Source: Octopus vulgaris (taxonomy: Eukaryota). From it: DNA of 64,000 bases. Position numbers and translations under genes: made by a program. The stretch is taken from contig OX597842.1 of the NCBI GenBank assembly GCA_951406725.2, forward strand, positions 19,778,001 through 19,842,000, in the 5' to 3' direction. The notes under the pieces are model-generated. The model did not search any database, was not told where the DNA came from, and saw nothing but the letters and a program-made list of their open reading frames with translations. Shown piece after piece: positions 1-12,784 of this stretch (within the stretch, counting starts at the first letter, position 1; each line of letters starts with the position of its first letter).

Positions 1-392
1 AATCAACATTTCTAAACTACCACCCGTTTCCTTCATTTTTTACAGAAATCTTTTAGGAACTAACTTATTCTAAATATGCGGAAAAATACGGACAAAAGTC
101 TCCAAACTATCCTGTAATTACGGTTAAGGTTAGCGCTGGGGGACACCAGACAAAATTGAAGTTGGAGGGATTTCTTAAATTTCAAAAAAGTATCATTAAA
201 AACTTGCAAACATGTTCGTTTATATATTCGCGTGAGTATACAAATACCTGTGCTTCGATGTACACAAATTGTTTCCACCCCCAATCCATTCTATGACTGT
301 TGTCTCCTGCGCAAAGCCTGGAGAAATTAACCCCAAAAACATGGATCGCAAATCGGCAGAAAATCTGAATCAACTTTCATGAGAATGTGGGT

Positions 393-408
393 GGCCCTGA
401 AAAGGACC
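393..408 (-). promoter_or_regulatory. Histone 3' stem-loop of H2B mRNA
   Basis: Minus strand reads GGTCCT-TTTC-AGGGCC followed by ACCCA, then a purine-rich CATGAAAG (U7 HDE-like); about 30 nt after the H2B stop. Confidence 0.95.
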
Positions 409-440
409 GTTATTCTTCGATGAAGAGAAACGAAGCAGGT

Positions 441-818
441 TTATTTGCTGCTAGTGTATTTGGTGACGGCCTTGGTACCCTCAGAGACGGCGTGTTTGGC
501 CAACTCACCAGGAAGGAGAAGACGGACAGCAGTCTGCACCTCACGGCTACTGATGGTCGAACGTTTGTTGTAGTGAGCCAAGCGGCTGGATTCAGAAGCT
601 ATTCTTTCGAACAGATCGTTGACAAAACTGTTCATGATGGACATAGCTTTGCTGGAGATGCCAGTGTCCGGGTGGACTTGCTTCATCACTTTGTAGATGT
701 AGATGGAATAACTTTCCTTCCTCTTCTTCTTACGTTTCTTGTCCCCGGCAGGGCGAGAGGTCTTGGCCTTGGAAGCCTTCTTGGCTCCTTTCGAAGCAGT
801 TGCTGGTGCTGGTGGCAT
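441..818 (-). CDS. H2B: Histone H2B (replication-dependent, intronless, 125 aa)
   Basis: [14 protein letters not shown]...[42 protein letters not shown]...AVTKYTSSK. The true ATG is at 818; the ORF track extends to an upstream TTG. A stem-loop lies downstream. Confidence 0.98.
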   Translation of the reverse strand: MPPAPATASKGAKKASKAKTSRPAGDKKRKKKRKESYSIYIYKVMKQVHPDTGISSKAMSIMNSFVNDLFERIASESSRLAHYNKRSTISSREVQTAVRLLLPGELAKHAVSEGTKAVTKYTSSK

Positions 819-1087
819 AATGTCACTTGCTCTCCTAATCAACCCTCGTCCACGCTATTTATAATTGACAAGTAGGCTCAGCCGAGCACCTTGCTGACGT
901 TTCGCGCCGATCAATTTCATTGGTGGAATTTGACAGCAGTCTAATCACGTGACATAAACCCGCTCCTTTTTCGCTCGGCAGTTTGTGGCTGCTGGAGCCT
1001 CATGACTGCTATTTAAAGGCAAAAGCCGCCGTCTTTTTTAAACTTTGGCCGTCTTCTTTGTTGAGAACTACTGTCGAACTTTGAAAT
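819..1087. promoter_or_regulatory. Bidirectional H2B/H2A promoter
   Basis: 269-bp spacer between divergent ATGs. TATAAATAG on the minus strand at about 856-864, CCAAT on the minus strand at about 919-923, TATTTAAA on the plus strand at about 1010-1017. Confidence 0.75.
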
Positions 1088-1465
1088 ATGTCTGGACGTG
1101 GTAAAGGAGGAAAAGTAAAGGGAAAGAGCAAGACCCGTTCGTCCCGTGCCGGACTTCAGTTCCCTGTCGGTCGTATCCACCGTCTTCTCCGTAAGGGAAA
1201 TTATGCCCAACGTGTCGGTGCCGGAGCCCCAGTCTACTTGGCCGCTGTGATGGAATATTTGGCTGCTGAGGTGTTGGAATTGGCAGGAAATGCTGCCAGA
1301 GATAACAAGAAATCGAGAATCATTCCCCGTCACTTGCAGTTGGCCATCCGTAACGACGAAGAATTGAACAAACTTTTGTCCGGAGTGACCATCGCCCAGG
1401 GTGGTGTTCTTCCCAACATTCAGGCTGTTCTTCTGCCCAAGAAAACCCAGAAGGCTTCCAAGTAA
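1088..1465 (+). CDS. H2A: Histone H2A (replication-dependent, intronless, 125 aa)
   Basis: [54 protein letters not shown]...[11 protein letters not shown]. There is no SQ(E/D) motif, so it is not H2A.X. Confidence 0.98.
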   Translation: MSGRGKGGKVKGKSKTRSSRAGLQFPVGRIHRLLRKGNYAQRVGAGAPVYLAAVMEYLAAEVLELAGNAARDNKKSRIIPRHLQLAIRNDEELNKLLSGVTIAQGGVLPNIQAVLLPKKTQKASK

Positions 1466-1503
1466 ATTAATTCGGTGGCATTTTTTGCTTTATCCGTATC
1501 AAC

Positions 1504-1519
1504 GGCCCTTTTCAGGGCC
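1504..1519 (+). promoter_or_regulatory. Histone 3' stem-loop of H2A mRNA
   Basis: GGCCCT-TTTC-AGGGCC preceded by AAC, about 40 nt after the stop. Confidence 0.95.
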
Positions 1520-2639
1520 TCTCACACTCTGCGTATTCGTCTTCTCTCGACTTAATATTTGCGATTTATAATCTGTCAAAACTATGTTATTTGGTATTGG
1601 TGCCGAATGAATGTTTTATTATTTATTCTTTCACCCGCATAATTTTCACTAGACGAAGAATACTCTTTTGTATGGGATCAGGAACCGCTGACCTCAAGGT
1701 GTGCGGTACTATTTAAGCAGAGTGGTCCCGGTGTGTTTGAGAATGTTTTTATGAGACACGGCTTTTTTTTTTTTTACTTATATTCCATACTTTGTTTAAA
1801 AGCAGCGGATATTTAACAAAAGCTGCTGCTCGGGGTTTCACGTTCCCGTTTGTCGGACAGTTTTGTTTGAAATACGGAGGGACTGTCCGGCGAACGGAAG
1901 CGTAAAGCCCCGGGTAGCAGCATTAGAATTTCTGCTGCTTTTAAATAAGGCATATTACTCTACTTATGGTATTTGAGTACGCTTTTTTTCCACCTTTTTT
2001 AACATGTGTTTACTCCGGTGTATGTATATATATAGGAATTGTTTTACACCTATTACACTATTTTTGGCTTTTGTGCCAGGGTTAGACCCGTAAGATTCAC
2101 GATGTGGATTTTCCGAGTCCTCTCCCCCACCCAACCCCTTTCGCGAGCGCGCCTTTTTTTTTTTTTTTTTGCCATATTCGTTTAGAGGAAGTTTTTACAC
2201 TTTTTATATTTTGTTTTTCTGACCGGTTTGACGAGCTAGTGCGTGTGCGCGCACAGGGACCACTCGTCATAAATAGTGGTGGGGCTGGAGAAAATGTGTC
2301 TGCATTTAAAAAAGGACGGATGCTAGGTGTGAGAGGCCTTGCATGAACACGCCGTGATCCCTTACCAAAGGTTTCAGTTAAAATAACAGGGCTCATGGGG
2401 TCGGCTATCCTGTTCTTTTCACTTCATATGTCCCTTTTTATTTGTTCTTGTAACTCATTCAATTTCATTTTCATTGTAAATAATCCATTCGATTTCACTG
2501 TAAATAGTTCCATTTCATCCACATGACCCCAAATCATTGTATTGTCCCCATCTATGTAAACCCTTACGGGTAATAAAGAAATACACTCTTCATAAATAGT
2601 ACCATGTTATGCTGCAAGCCCCTTATTTTTGTTCGGGGA

Positions 2640-2925
2640 GAAAAGGGATGGGTGGAAAACTGTAGGGGCCATGCGCAGGGATGCTGTCGGTGAGGTGAGG
2701 GTTGGCAACGAGTATAGTGGAGAGTTCCTGGTAGAAGTAGGCTGTTCACCAAGGTTCAGTCCTCAGCCCACTCTTATTCATTAGTCCTCTGGGCAATAGC
2801 AGGAATTCATGACAAGCTGACCCTAGGGGCTCCTCTGTGTTGGTGACCTTCGCTTATAGCTGGGTCACTACCAAAGCTGAAGGAGAAATTTCAGGTGTGG
2901 TAGGCAAGGCTAGAATTGAAGGGCC
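2640..2925 (+). mobile_element. Degenerate RTE-type LINE reverse-transcriptase fragment
   Basis: Frameshifted translation resembling VGNEYS.EF.VEVG.HQGSVLSPLLF, the QG..LSP.LF RT motif. Confidence 0.55.
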
Positions 2926-3044
2926 TTTGGGAAAAGACCATAGTCTTTATGTATACATATATATATATATTATATGTACATGTGGAGGTAGGTACGTACA
3001 TATATGTTTTATTTTATTTATTAATATGTTATGTATATATACAT

Positions 3045-3455
3045 AAGTTCAGCAAAAATTTAGATTCGAATGAATATGGTACTTATGCACCAGAATTTTG
3101 TATGGTGTTATCCATAAAAATTTGCGGGGTGATTATAATCAAAAATAAGCAACAAGAATGACTCTGGTAATTTGGTACAATTGTTTCGCACTACAACATT
3201 TTATTAAAAGTTGTTGGACTTCACAACCTCATATGTTCTTAAAATTTAAATCTACATCTTTGTCTGTATATCTACCTTCTCTATAATGTTGCCATTTGAT
3301 TTGAAAATTTTTATATTAATGGAAAACCTATATAATTGGCTGATGAGTACTCAACATCTTAAATCTGTTGTAATACTTACAGCATTTAATAAAATGATGT
3401 AGTGCAAAACAATTGTACCACATTACCGGAGTCATTCTTGTTGCTTATTTTGATT
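3045..3455. repeat. Palindromic interspersed repeat (copies at about 29535-30020 and 52795-53190)
   Basis: About 3140-3205 is the inverted complement of about 3385-3455, and the same sequence recurs twice more in the window. Confidence 0.6.
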
Positions 3456-3466
3456 ATATATATATG

Positions 3467-3735
3467 TGGAGGCGCAATGGCCTAGTGGACTCGCAGGATC
3501 GCGGTTTCGATTCCCAGACCGGGCGTTGTGAGTGTTTATTGAGCGAAAACACCTAAAGGCTCCACGAGGCTCTGGCAGGGGGGGGGATCCCTGCTGTACT
3601 CTTTCTCCCACTCTTCTGTCGGCCTGCTTGCTTAGCCAGCGGGGTGGCGTCCTTCGAAGGCTAAAACAATGCGAACACATTGTGACCAGCGATATGTAAC
3701 TACATCTGATGGTCTGGTCGGTCACGTGATCACAT
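3467..3735 (+). mobile_element. tRNA-derived SINE, family 2 (internally deleted)
   Basis: GTGGAGGCGCAATGGCCTAGTGG (A box) and GGTTTCGATTCCC (B box). The head is shared with the copies at 19967, 31573 and 48550. Confidence 0.85.
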
Positions 3736-4344
3736 ATACACATATATATCTATATATAGAGAGAGAGAGTTTACGAAAATAATCAAAAGACGAAGACAGG
3801 TGGTGTACAAAACAAACAGTTGTATTAGTATAATGCTTAGGAATAGAAAAAGTCTTTTACGTTTCGAGCCTACGCTCTTCTACAGAAAAAACAAGGAGGG
3901 AAAAAGATGTGTGTAGTGGCTAATGATCTATCATGGGGACGGCCATATATATATACATACATACATACTTTTATTAAAGCTGCAAATTTATCACAAAACT
4001 GTTAATCTGAGTGTCAGGTTTGCATTCAAGAGACAGGTGTGATGGAAACATTTCATTCCAACTGTCCAACAGACAAGAACATGAAACTCTGAGAAACAGT
4101 TTTGTAATAATTGGACAAACATTAATAGAATTTTTTATTCATTCAGAAATTATCTTAAATGGAATATATATATGAATATTATGAAAGAACAGCTTTTATT
4201 AAAAATATCAGAATTGATAAGGATATATAAAAATATAGTGTTAGTAAGTTGTTATAACATGCTGTTATATCTTCTTTATCCTGTGGATATATTTATTGTT
4301 ATATAAGATATTCCTTTCAACAAATGACTTTTGATATTGATACA

Positions 4345-4522
4345 GACACTCTTCTCTATGATGATAAAGATATCTGTAGTTAATTGTCTTTTTTCAGAGA
4401 AGGATATACCACAGAATCAGTTAGATGGTTTCTCTTCCATATCAATGTGTGTCTGTGTTTATCTAAGAGATTTATTTGAGAGAACCATTCACCACAGATA
4501 TCACAATGACATGGTTTCTCTC
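4345..4522 (-). pseudogene. Decayed zinc fingers in the 3' UTR of ZNF copy 1 (same at about 7105-7284 for copy 2)
   Basis: Past the TAG, an out-of-frame continuation reads [26 protein letters not shown], followed by a second broken finger. Confidence 0.75.
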
Positions 4523-5209
4523 CTAATGAATGAGTCTGTGAGTGGTCAAGTGATCTATTTCAGAGAATGATTCACCACAGGTGTCACAATGATGTGACTT
4601 CACCCCTGAATGAATACCTTTGTGTCTACTTAAATGTCCCTTTTGAGTGAATGATTTACTGCAGATATCACAGTGGTAAGGTTTATCACCTGTATGGATA
4701 AATCTGTGAGTGGATAAGTCACCACTTTGAGAGAATGATTTATCACAGATATCACATTGATATGGCTTTTCACCTGTATGAGTACGTTTATGTACAATTA
4801 CACCACTTTTGTGAGTGAATGATTTACCACAGATATCACACTGAAATGGTTTCTCTCCTGTATGGATAACCTTGTGAGCAGCTAAGTTACCATCTCGAGA
4901 GAATGATTTACCACAGATATCACACTGAAATGGTTTCTCTCCTGTATGAATACGTTTATGTACAGTTACAGCACTTCTTCGAGCAAATGTTTTACCGCAG
5001 ATATCACACTGATATGGTTTCTCCCCTGTGTGAGTAAGTCTGTGTGTATCCAAGTTAAATTTCATGGAGAATGATTTACCACAGATATCACAGTGATATG
5101 GTTTCTCTCCTGTATGAGTAAGTTTGTGAGTAGCTATGTAACTCTTTAGAGAGAATGATTTACCACAGATATCACAGTCGTATACAGATTTTCCTCTTTC
5201 TTTTGGCAT
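4523..5209 (-). CDS. C2H2 (Kruppel-type) zinc-finger protein, 8 fingers, single coding exon
   Basis: [19 protein letters not shown]... with eight CxxC-x12-HxxxH units joined by TGEKP linkers. The first ATG is at 5209. No KRAB, SCAN or BTB domain is visible. Confidence 0.93.
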   Translation of the reverse strand: MPKERGKSVYDCDICGKSFSLKSYIATHKLTHTGEKPYHCDICGKSFSMKFNLDTHRLTHTGEKPYQCDICGKTFARRSAVTVHKRIHTGEKPFQCDICGKSFSRDGNLAAHKVIHTGEKPFQCDICGKSFTHKSGVIVHKRTHTGEKPYQCDICDKSFSQSGDLSTHRFIHTGDKPYHCDICSKSFTQKGHLSRHKGIHSGVKSHHCDTCGESFSEIDHLTTHRLIH

Positions 5210-7284
5210 CTCTGCAGCTAAAACTAACAAAACTCCAAGATTCTCACACAATTCCTCTTTCTGTAATTTTTTTCTTCAACAAAATGGTCTGGAAATTTCA
5301 TTTCTTCTTGTTTCTATATTTTATTCCTAACAAATGTTACAACTGCCATATTTTTATCAAATATAAGCTTTGCTGATATCTTAAGATGTTGCAAATGTCT
5401 TTGTAAATTTATCCAAGTTTATTCAGAATCCAAATTTAGGTTTTACCCATTTCAGAGTGAATCCAAGAAATTTCACCAATAATGTCACTCAGAAGAAATA
5501 TTTTACTGAAATTCACAGTTAATTTACATAAACAGGGTTCTTATATCCAGTTCTGTGTAACATCGTCTTCAAAATATGATAAATATTGATGACGCTTCTG
5601 CAGTAAATTTCCTCTGATATTCTGAAATAAGAGAGAAACAACAGTTTAACACAGAGTGTAGCTTTGGTTATGACAAAGGCTTGGTGTTCATTTATATACG
5701 ACATTTACTGCTACAATGATAAATCTCATTTAAGAAACAGATTGGGTTTATTTACATTTCTGAAGAGAAAAAGGGATCTTTTCGGTTTGACCGGCAGTTT
5801 TTTCTAGTGGTGTCATATGAAATTGTCACCCATAATTATGACCCTAGTATCAATCTATTGCATTTCAATCTGTTTTAGGGTTAGGAGTGGGGGAAGGGTA
5901 ATTTTCTTTTTTTTTCCACAAATGTAAATAAACCCAATCTATTTCTTAAACGAGGGACATATTCATACTGCCTTTAGGCAGTACAAAAACAACAAAAAAG
6001 TGGAAGGTGCAGTTATGACGAAAGAAAAGCAGGACAAAAACGATGCATGCAAATGGGTTGGCTGGAGGTAAATCTAGATGGAAAAGCATGATAAATTTAT
6101 GAGAACCCGCTGGGACATTAATATATATATAATTATAATAAAGGGTTATTTGCAACAAGTTGCTTAAACCACATACCGAAAATATTAGAAATAGCAGCCA
6201 AATAGGCTACTATTACTATTACTACAAAAATAAGTCTCCACAAACAACAGTATTTGCAACCCAAACAACAGTATTTGCAACCTGTATATGGTAAAAGGAA
6301 TGAAGACAACGAAATCACACAGTCTACTTTATATATATATATATACACATGAGCAAAATACCCCCTCCTCCCGGCCGTCCAATGGAATGTGCTGAGTTGT
6401 CAAACATTTAAACCAAATTTTCTCAAGATAACTTGTCCGACCGCTCCATAGGCCTCCCCTTTGAGAAACACTGATTTAACCTAAATTAGGGACACCAGCA
6501 AAAGAAGAAATAAAGGTAGACTTTTTTTCTATTCCAAAGAAAAACGATTTTATTCACAAAAATATGCAACCGAAGAGTTTAAAGTACCAGTAATTATAAG
6601 GCTGTTGACTGGGAGAACACAAACATGGTTTAAACAGTAAGCTTGGCAGGAAAGAAACGTGCCTTTAAGCAGGACAAAAACAACAAAAAATGGAAGGTGC
6701 AGTTATGTACAGGTTGACGGAGGAAAACCAGGACAAAAACGGCTTTATTGATCGCATTCTCACCTGGAATATATTATTGTAATTTTTTCTCACCTGGAAA
6801 CGATTTTTGTAATTTTTTCAAAGACTAATACACGCCCTGATACAGTCGGTATCTACAAATCAAATTTAAGTGCAATCGGATGGAGGATGCCTGAAATCCA
6901 AGAAGACACACAGACAGAACGGATTTTATATAAGAGATTATGGAAAACAGCTTTTATTAAAAATATCAGAATGGTAGATATTGATGAGTATAAATAAAAA
7001 ATATAGTGTTTTGTTATAACATGCTGTTATATCTCCTTTATCAGCTGGATATATTTATTGTTATATAAGATATTCCTTTCAACAAATGGCTTTTGATATT
7101 GATACAGTCACTCTTCTCTATGATGAGAAATATATCTGTAGTTAATTGTCTTTTTTCAGAGAAGGATATACCACAGAATCAGTTAGATGGTTTCTCTTCT
7201 ATATCAATGTGTGTCTGTGTTTATCTAAGAGATTTATTTGAGAGAACCATTCACCACAGATATCACAATGACATGGTTTCTCTC

Positions 7285-9087
7285 CTAATGAATGAGTCTG
7301 TGAGTGGTCCAGTGATCTATTTCAGAGAATGATTCACCACAGATATCACAGTGATAAGGCTTTTCACCTGTATGAGTAGGTTTGTGATTAGTTAATTTAG
7401 CTTTTACAGAGAATGATTCACCACAGGTGTCACAATGATGTGATTTCATTCCTGAATGAACACCTTTGTGTCTACTTAAATGTCCCTTTTGAATGAATGA
7501 TTTACTGCAGATATCACAGTGATATGGCTTTTCACCTGTATGAGTACGTTTGTGATTAGTTAATTTAGCTTTTACAGAGAATGATTCACCACAGGTGTCA
7601 CAATGATGTGATTTCATTCCTGAATGAACACCTTTGTGTCTACTTAAATGTCCCTTTTGAATGAATGATTTACTGCAGATATCACAGTGATATGGCTTTT
7701 CACCTGTATGAGTACGTTTGTGATTAGTTAATTTAGCTTTTACAGAGAATGATTCACCACAGGTGTCACAATGATGTGACTTCACCCCTGAATGAATACC
7801 TTTGTGTCTACTTAATTGTCCCTTTTGAATGAATGATTTACTGCAGATATCACAGTGATATGGTTTCTCACCTGTATGAGTACGTTTGTGTTTAGTTAAG
7901 ACAACCTTTAGAGTGAATGATTTCCCACAGATATCACAGTGGTAAGGTTTCTCACCTGTATGGATAAACCTGTGAGTGGATAAGTCACCACTTTGAGAGA
8001 ATGATTTATCACAGATATCACATTGATATGGTTTCTCACCTGTATGAGTACGTTTGTGTACAGTTACAGCACTTCTGTGAGTGAATGATTTACCACAGAT
8101 ATCACAGGAATATGGCTTTTCTCCTGTATGAGTAAATTTGTGAGTAGCTAAGTCACTATTTCGAGAGAAGGATTTACCACAGATATCACACTGGTAAGGT
8201 TTCTCCCCTGTATGAGTAAGTCTGTGCTTACTTAAATTACATTGCAAGGAGAATGATTTACCACAGATATCACACTGATGGGGTTTCTCGCCAGTGTGAG
8301 TATGTTTGTGTTTAGCTAAGTCACCATTTCGAGAGAATGATTTACCACAGATATCACACTGGTAAGGTTTGTCGCCTGTATGAGTAAGTTTGTGCGTAAC
8401 TAAGTAACCGCATCGAGAGAATGATTTACTACAGATATCACAGTGATATGGTTTTTCTCCTGTATGAATACGTTTATGTATAGTTACAGTACTTCTTTGA
8501 GTGAATGATTTACCACAGATATCACACTGATAAGGTTTCTCCCCTGTATGAATAACTTTGTGTGTCACTAAGTTAACTCTCACAGAGAATGATTTACCAC
8601 AGATATCACACTGATAAGGTTTCTCACCTGTATGAATAAGTTTGTGTGTAGTTAAGTTACCTTTCAAAGAAAATAATTTACCACAGATATCACACTGATA
8701 AGGTTTCTTGCCTGTATGAGTATGTCTGTGTTTAGCTAAGGCACCATTTCGAGAGAATGATTTACCGCAGATATCACACTGATATGGTTTCTCCCCAGTG
8801 TGAGTAAGTTTGTGTGTATCCAAGTTAAATTTCATGGAGAATGATTTACCACAGATATCACAGTGATATGGTTTCTCTCCTGTATGAATACGTCTGTGAC
8901 ATGTTAAACCACTACAATTAGAAAATGATTTACCACAAATATCACAATGATATGGTTTATCGCCTGTATGAATACGTTTATGTACAGTTACAGCACTTCT
9001 TCGAGCGAATGATTTATCACAAATATCACACTGATAAGGTTTCTCACCTGTATGAGTAAGTTTGTGTTTAGCTAAGTTAACTCTCAT
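7285..9087 (-). CDS. C2H2 zinc-finger ORF, 21 complete fingers (paralogue of copy 1; possibly N-truncated or a pseudogene)
   Basis: 600-aa open frame of TGEKP-linked fingers. The last finger and 3' UTR are nearly identical to copy 1. The ATG lies inside a finger. Confidence 0.85.
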   Translation of the reverse strand: MRVNLAKHKLTHTGEKPYQCDICDKSFARRSAVTVHKRIHTGDKPYHCDICGKSFSNCSGLTCHRRIHTGEKPYHCDICGKSFSMKFNLDTHKLTHTGEKPYQCDICGKSFSRNGALAKHRHTHTGKKPYQCDICGKLFSLKGNLTTHKLIHTGEKPYQCDICGKSFSVRVNLVTHKVIHTGEKPYQCDICGKSFTQRSTVTIHKRIHTGEKPYHCDICSKSFSRCGYLVTHKLTHTGDKPYQCDICGKSFSRNGDLAKHKHTHTGEKPHQCDICGKSFSLQCNLSKHRLTHTGEKPYQCDICGKSFSRNSDLATHKFTHTGEKPYSCDICGKSFTHRSAVTVHKRTHTGEKPYQCDICDKSFSQSGDLSTHRFIHTGEKPYHCDICGKSFTLKVVLTKHKRTHTGEKPYHCDICSKSFIQKGQLSRHKGIHSGVKSHHCDTCGESFSVKAKLTNHKRTHTGEKPYHCDICSKSFIQKGHLSRHKGVHSGMKSHHCDTCGESFSVKAKLTNHKRTHTGEKPYHCDICSKSFIQKGHLSRHKGVHSGMKSHHCDTCGESFSVKAKLTNHKPTHTGEKPYHCDICGESFSEIDHWTTHRLIH

Positions 9088-9564
9088 GGAGAATGATTTA
9101 CCACAGATATCACAATGATATGGTTTCTCTCCTGTGTGAGTAAGTGTCTAGTCAAAAGACCACTTTGAGAGAATGATTTACCACAGATATCACACTGATA
9201 TGGTTTCTCACCTGTATGAATATGTTTATGTACAGTTACAGCACTTCTGCGAATTAATGATTTACTGCAGATATCACAATGATATGGTTTCTCTCGTGTA
9301 TGAGTAAGTTTGTGTTTAGTTATGTGACAGTTTTGAGAGAATGATTTACCACAGATATCATACTGATATAGTTTTTGCTCTGTGTGAATATTTCTGTTAA
9401 TAGTTAGATTAAGTTTATTTTTAATATGATTTACCACAGATATCACAATGATGTGGCTTCTCTCCTGTATGAGTAAATTTGTGAGTAGCTAAGTTAACTT
9501 TCACAGAGAATGATTTACCACAGATATCACAGTCATATACAGATTTTCCTCTTTCTTTTGGCAT
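9088..9564 (-). pseudogene. Disrupted 5' part of ZNF copy 2 (about 5 fingers)
   Basis: Same MPKERGKSVYDC start (ATG at 9564) as copy 1. A TAA plus frameshift occurs at about 9421, zinc ligands are lost (His to Asn, Cys to Tyr), and a second frameshift occurs at about 9142. Confidence 0.85.
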
Positions 9565-10086
9565 CTCTGCAGCTAAAACTAACAAAACTCCAAGATTCTC
9601 ACACAATTCCTCTTTCTGTAATTTTTTTCTTCAACAAAATGGTCTGGAAATGTCCTTTCTTCTTGTTTCTATATTTTATTCCTAACAAATGTTACAACTG
9701 CCATATTTTTATCAAATATAAGCTTTGCTGATATCTTCAGATGTTGCAAATGCCTTTGTAAATTCATCCAAGTTTATTCGGAATACAAATTTAGATTTTA
9801 CCCATTTCAGAGTGAATCCAAGAAATTTCACCAATAATGTCACCCAGAAGAAATATTTTACTGTAATTCACAGTTAATTTACATAAACAGGGTTCTTATA
9901 TCCAGTTCTGTGTAACATCATCTTCAAAATATGATAAACATTGATGACGCTTCTGCAGTAAAATTCCTCTAATGCCAATGTCCTCTGATATTCTGAAATA
10001 ATAGAGAAACAACAGTTTAAGACAGAGTGTAGCTTTGGTTATGACAAAGGCTTGGGGTTCATTTATATACAACATTTATTGCCACT

Positions 10087-10443
10087 GTTGTATTTAGGAA
10101 TGGTCATTTTGCCAGTTTAGCCAATAAAAACACACGCACTATATATTTGGTGTTATTTTGCTTCAGTGTTATTTATTTTTTACATTAATCTTAATCTTAT
10201 TTCGGCCAGAGTTCTTTCGTCACACTCATCAGCTGACGGTTAGTAAGGAGAGACACACAAATAAGAAAGAAGAAAGCAAAGGACCACTGATGCGGTCACA
10301 GGAGTGTGATGAAAGAACTCTGGCCGAAAAAAGATTAGGATTAATGTAAAAAATAAATAACGTTGAAGCAAAGTAACACCAAATATATAGTGCGTGTGTT
10401 TTTATTGGCTAAACTGGCAAAATGACCATTCCGAAATACAACA
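10087..10443. repeat. About 360-bp palindrome (long inverted arms, short spacer)
   Basis: GTTGTATTTAGGAATGGTCATTTTGCCAGTTTAGCCAATAAAAACACACGCAC... is mirrored at about 10365-10443. Confidence 0.85.
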
Positions 10444-10749
10444 ATGTCTGTTTCAACACACAATTTCACATAAAAAATCTGGCAAAAGGCTTCAGAAAAT
10501 ACAGACTCAATCTTATATGAACATTGTATTTGAGAGGAGTACAAGGCCTTAAACAGATAACATTGTGTAACAAGATTTTGGGCCTTGGGTAGCAATTGTT
10601 ATTTCCTACATGCTTACCCCTAGAAAGTGGAGGCGCAATGGCCCAGTGGAGTCAACAGATGATCAAGCAGCTTTGTATCGCCTTGAAAAGAGTCTAAAAA
10701 CGGCCAGAGTTGGAAGAATCTCTCAATCATTTCGTAAGTACTGGACCAA

Positions 10750-11109
10750 CAGTTTAAAAGTGTTTAGTTACGTGGAAATTATTTTAAAAAACTGCCGGTC
10801 AAACCAAAAAGATCCCAAATATCTTACAAACTATAGAATTTTCTCAATAAAGCCAAGAGAAAAAGATGTTTTATAAACATATTCTACCAGTATACGAAGT
10901 TTAAAAGTGTTTAGTTACGTGGAAATTATTTTAAAAAACTGCCGGTCAAACCGAAAAGATCCCAAATATCTTACAAACTATAGAATTTTCTCAATAAAGC
11001 CAAGAGAAAAAGATGTTTTATAAACACATTCTACCAGTATACGAAGTTTAAAAGTGTTTAGTTACGTGGAAATTATTTAAAAAAACTGCCGGTCAAACGG
11101 AAAAGATCC
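10750..11109 (-). repeat. Tandem array (about 3 x 147 bp) of the terminal segment of a GGATC-TIR MITE
   Basis: Units end in ...CTGCCGGTCAAACCGAAAAGATCC at about 10815, 10962 and 11109. Other fragments of this family lie at about 5773-5960, 11280-11582 and 13376-13568. Confidence 0.85.
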
Positions 11110-11940
11110 AGACATGTATTCCCTTACGGCTGATGTAGTTTAACTCTCTTTTTTTCAAGGCTTGAGCACCAATTGAAGAATTCAAATTTGATGGCAAAGA
11201 ATCCAAATTAAATTGAAAACGTCTGTGGCTGTGTGGTAAGTAGCTTGTTTACCAACAACATGGTTCCGGGTTCAGTCTCTTGGTTTTATTGAGAAAATTC
11301 TAGAGTTTGTAAGATATTTGTTGTTTTTTTCTTCAATTTCTGCAATTTCAACCAATCAATGACGTCTATTGAGGTGAAACCATTCTGTGCCGTATGAATA
11401 TGTCCCTCGTTTAAGAAACAGATTGGGTTTATTTACATTTCTAAAGAAAAAAAGATGCCCTTTCCCCCAACCCTAACCCTAAATTAGATTGAAATGCAAT
11501 AGATCGATACTAGGGTCATAATTATGGGTGACAATTTCATATGACACCGTTAGAAAAAACTGCCGTTCAAACCGAAAGATCCAACAGATTAAATAAGAAC
11601 AACACACAGTACCTGTTTTTGGTAAACCCCCCCCCCCATCATACACTTAAAACATCGTTTTACGTTCTTCTAAAAACTTTCAACCGAATTTTTATGAACA
11701 TTTGTTATAGGATAGGTAGTCGTTTTAGGATCGACTAGTCACGACTAACTTGTGCGAGTGCGCGCACCGGGACCACTCTTCTTAAATAGTACCAACATCT
11801 TAGTTATTCCAATTTTTAAATTCGCATTTACATTGTGCGAGACCCTTCCGTGTATGGATTAAAACAATTATTTTCCTCCTTCAGTTTCTTTCCGATAATT
11901 TACTGAACACACACAAAAAAAAGTTCAAGTGAATAATACT

Positions 11941-12145
11941 CTCTCTTTACCCTTTTACTTGTTTCAGTCATTTGACTGCGGCCACGCAGGAGCACAGCCT
12001 TTAATCGAGCAACTCGACCCCGGGACTTATTGTTTTTGTAAGCCCAGTACTTATTCTATCGGTCACTTATGCCGAACCGCTAAGTAACGGGGACATAAAC
12101 ACACCAGCAATTCTCAAGCAATGTTAGGGGGACAAACACACACGC

Positions 12146-12194
<49 letters not shown>

Positions 12195-12575
12195 TACGAC
12201 GGGCTTCTTTTCAGTTTCTGTCTACCAAATCCACTGACAAGGCTATAGTAGAAGACACTTGCTCAAGGTGCCACGCAGTGGGACTGAACCCGAAACCATG
12301 TGGTTTGGTGGGGACAAACAGACACACAAACACATATATATACACCAGCATCGGTTGTCAAGCAATGCTAGAGGGACAAACACAGTCACACACATATATA
12401 TATACACATCTATACGACAGGCTTCTTTCAGTTTCCGTCTACCAAATCCACTCACAAGGATTTGGTTGGCTCGAGGCTATAGTAGAAGACACTTGCCCAA
12501 GGTGCCACGCAGTGGGGCTGAACCCGGAACCATGTGGTTGGTAAGCAAGCTACTTACCACACGGCCACTCCTGCG
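11941..12575 (-). mobile_element. tRNA-derived SINE family 1 (rearranged double copy)
   Basis: Reverse complement of the GCAGGAGTGGC.GTGTGGTAAG...GGTTCAG.CCCACTGCGTGGCACCTTGGGCAAG head and the ...GACTGAAACAAGTAAAAG tail. Confidence 0.9.
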
Positions 12576-12784
12576 CAATACTGACACATTAATGATAAAT
12601 CTAAAGAGAGATGCCCAGCCAAGGTAGACAATGACAGAATAAATATAACACTTACGTATTATATAATAGACCCAGTGTAGAGGAGGAAGATATCACACTA
12701 AATCCAAGGTGGACAATGACAGTAAGCAGGTAACATAGAGATCCAGCAAGGAACAAGTCGCAGTACGTTCAAGCAAGTCAGAAA

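Noticed and set aside
387-875. 162-aa plus-strand ORF (and the 1013-1333 minus-strand ORF)
   Set aside because: These are antisense shadows of the H2B and H2A coding sequences.
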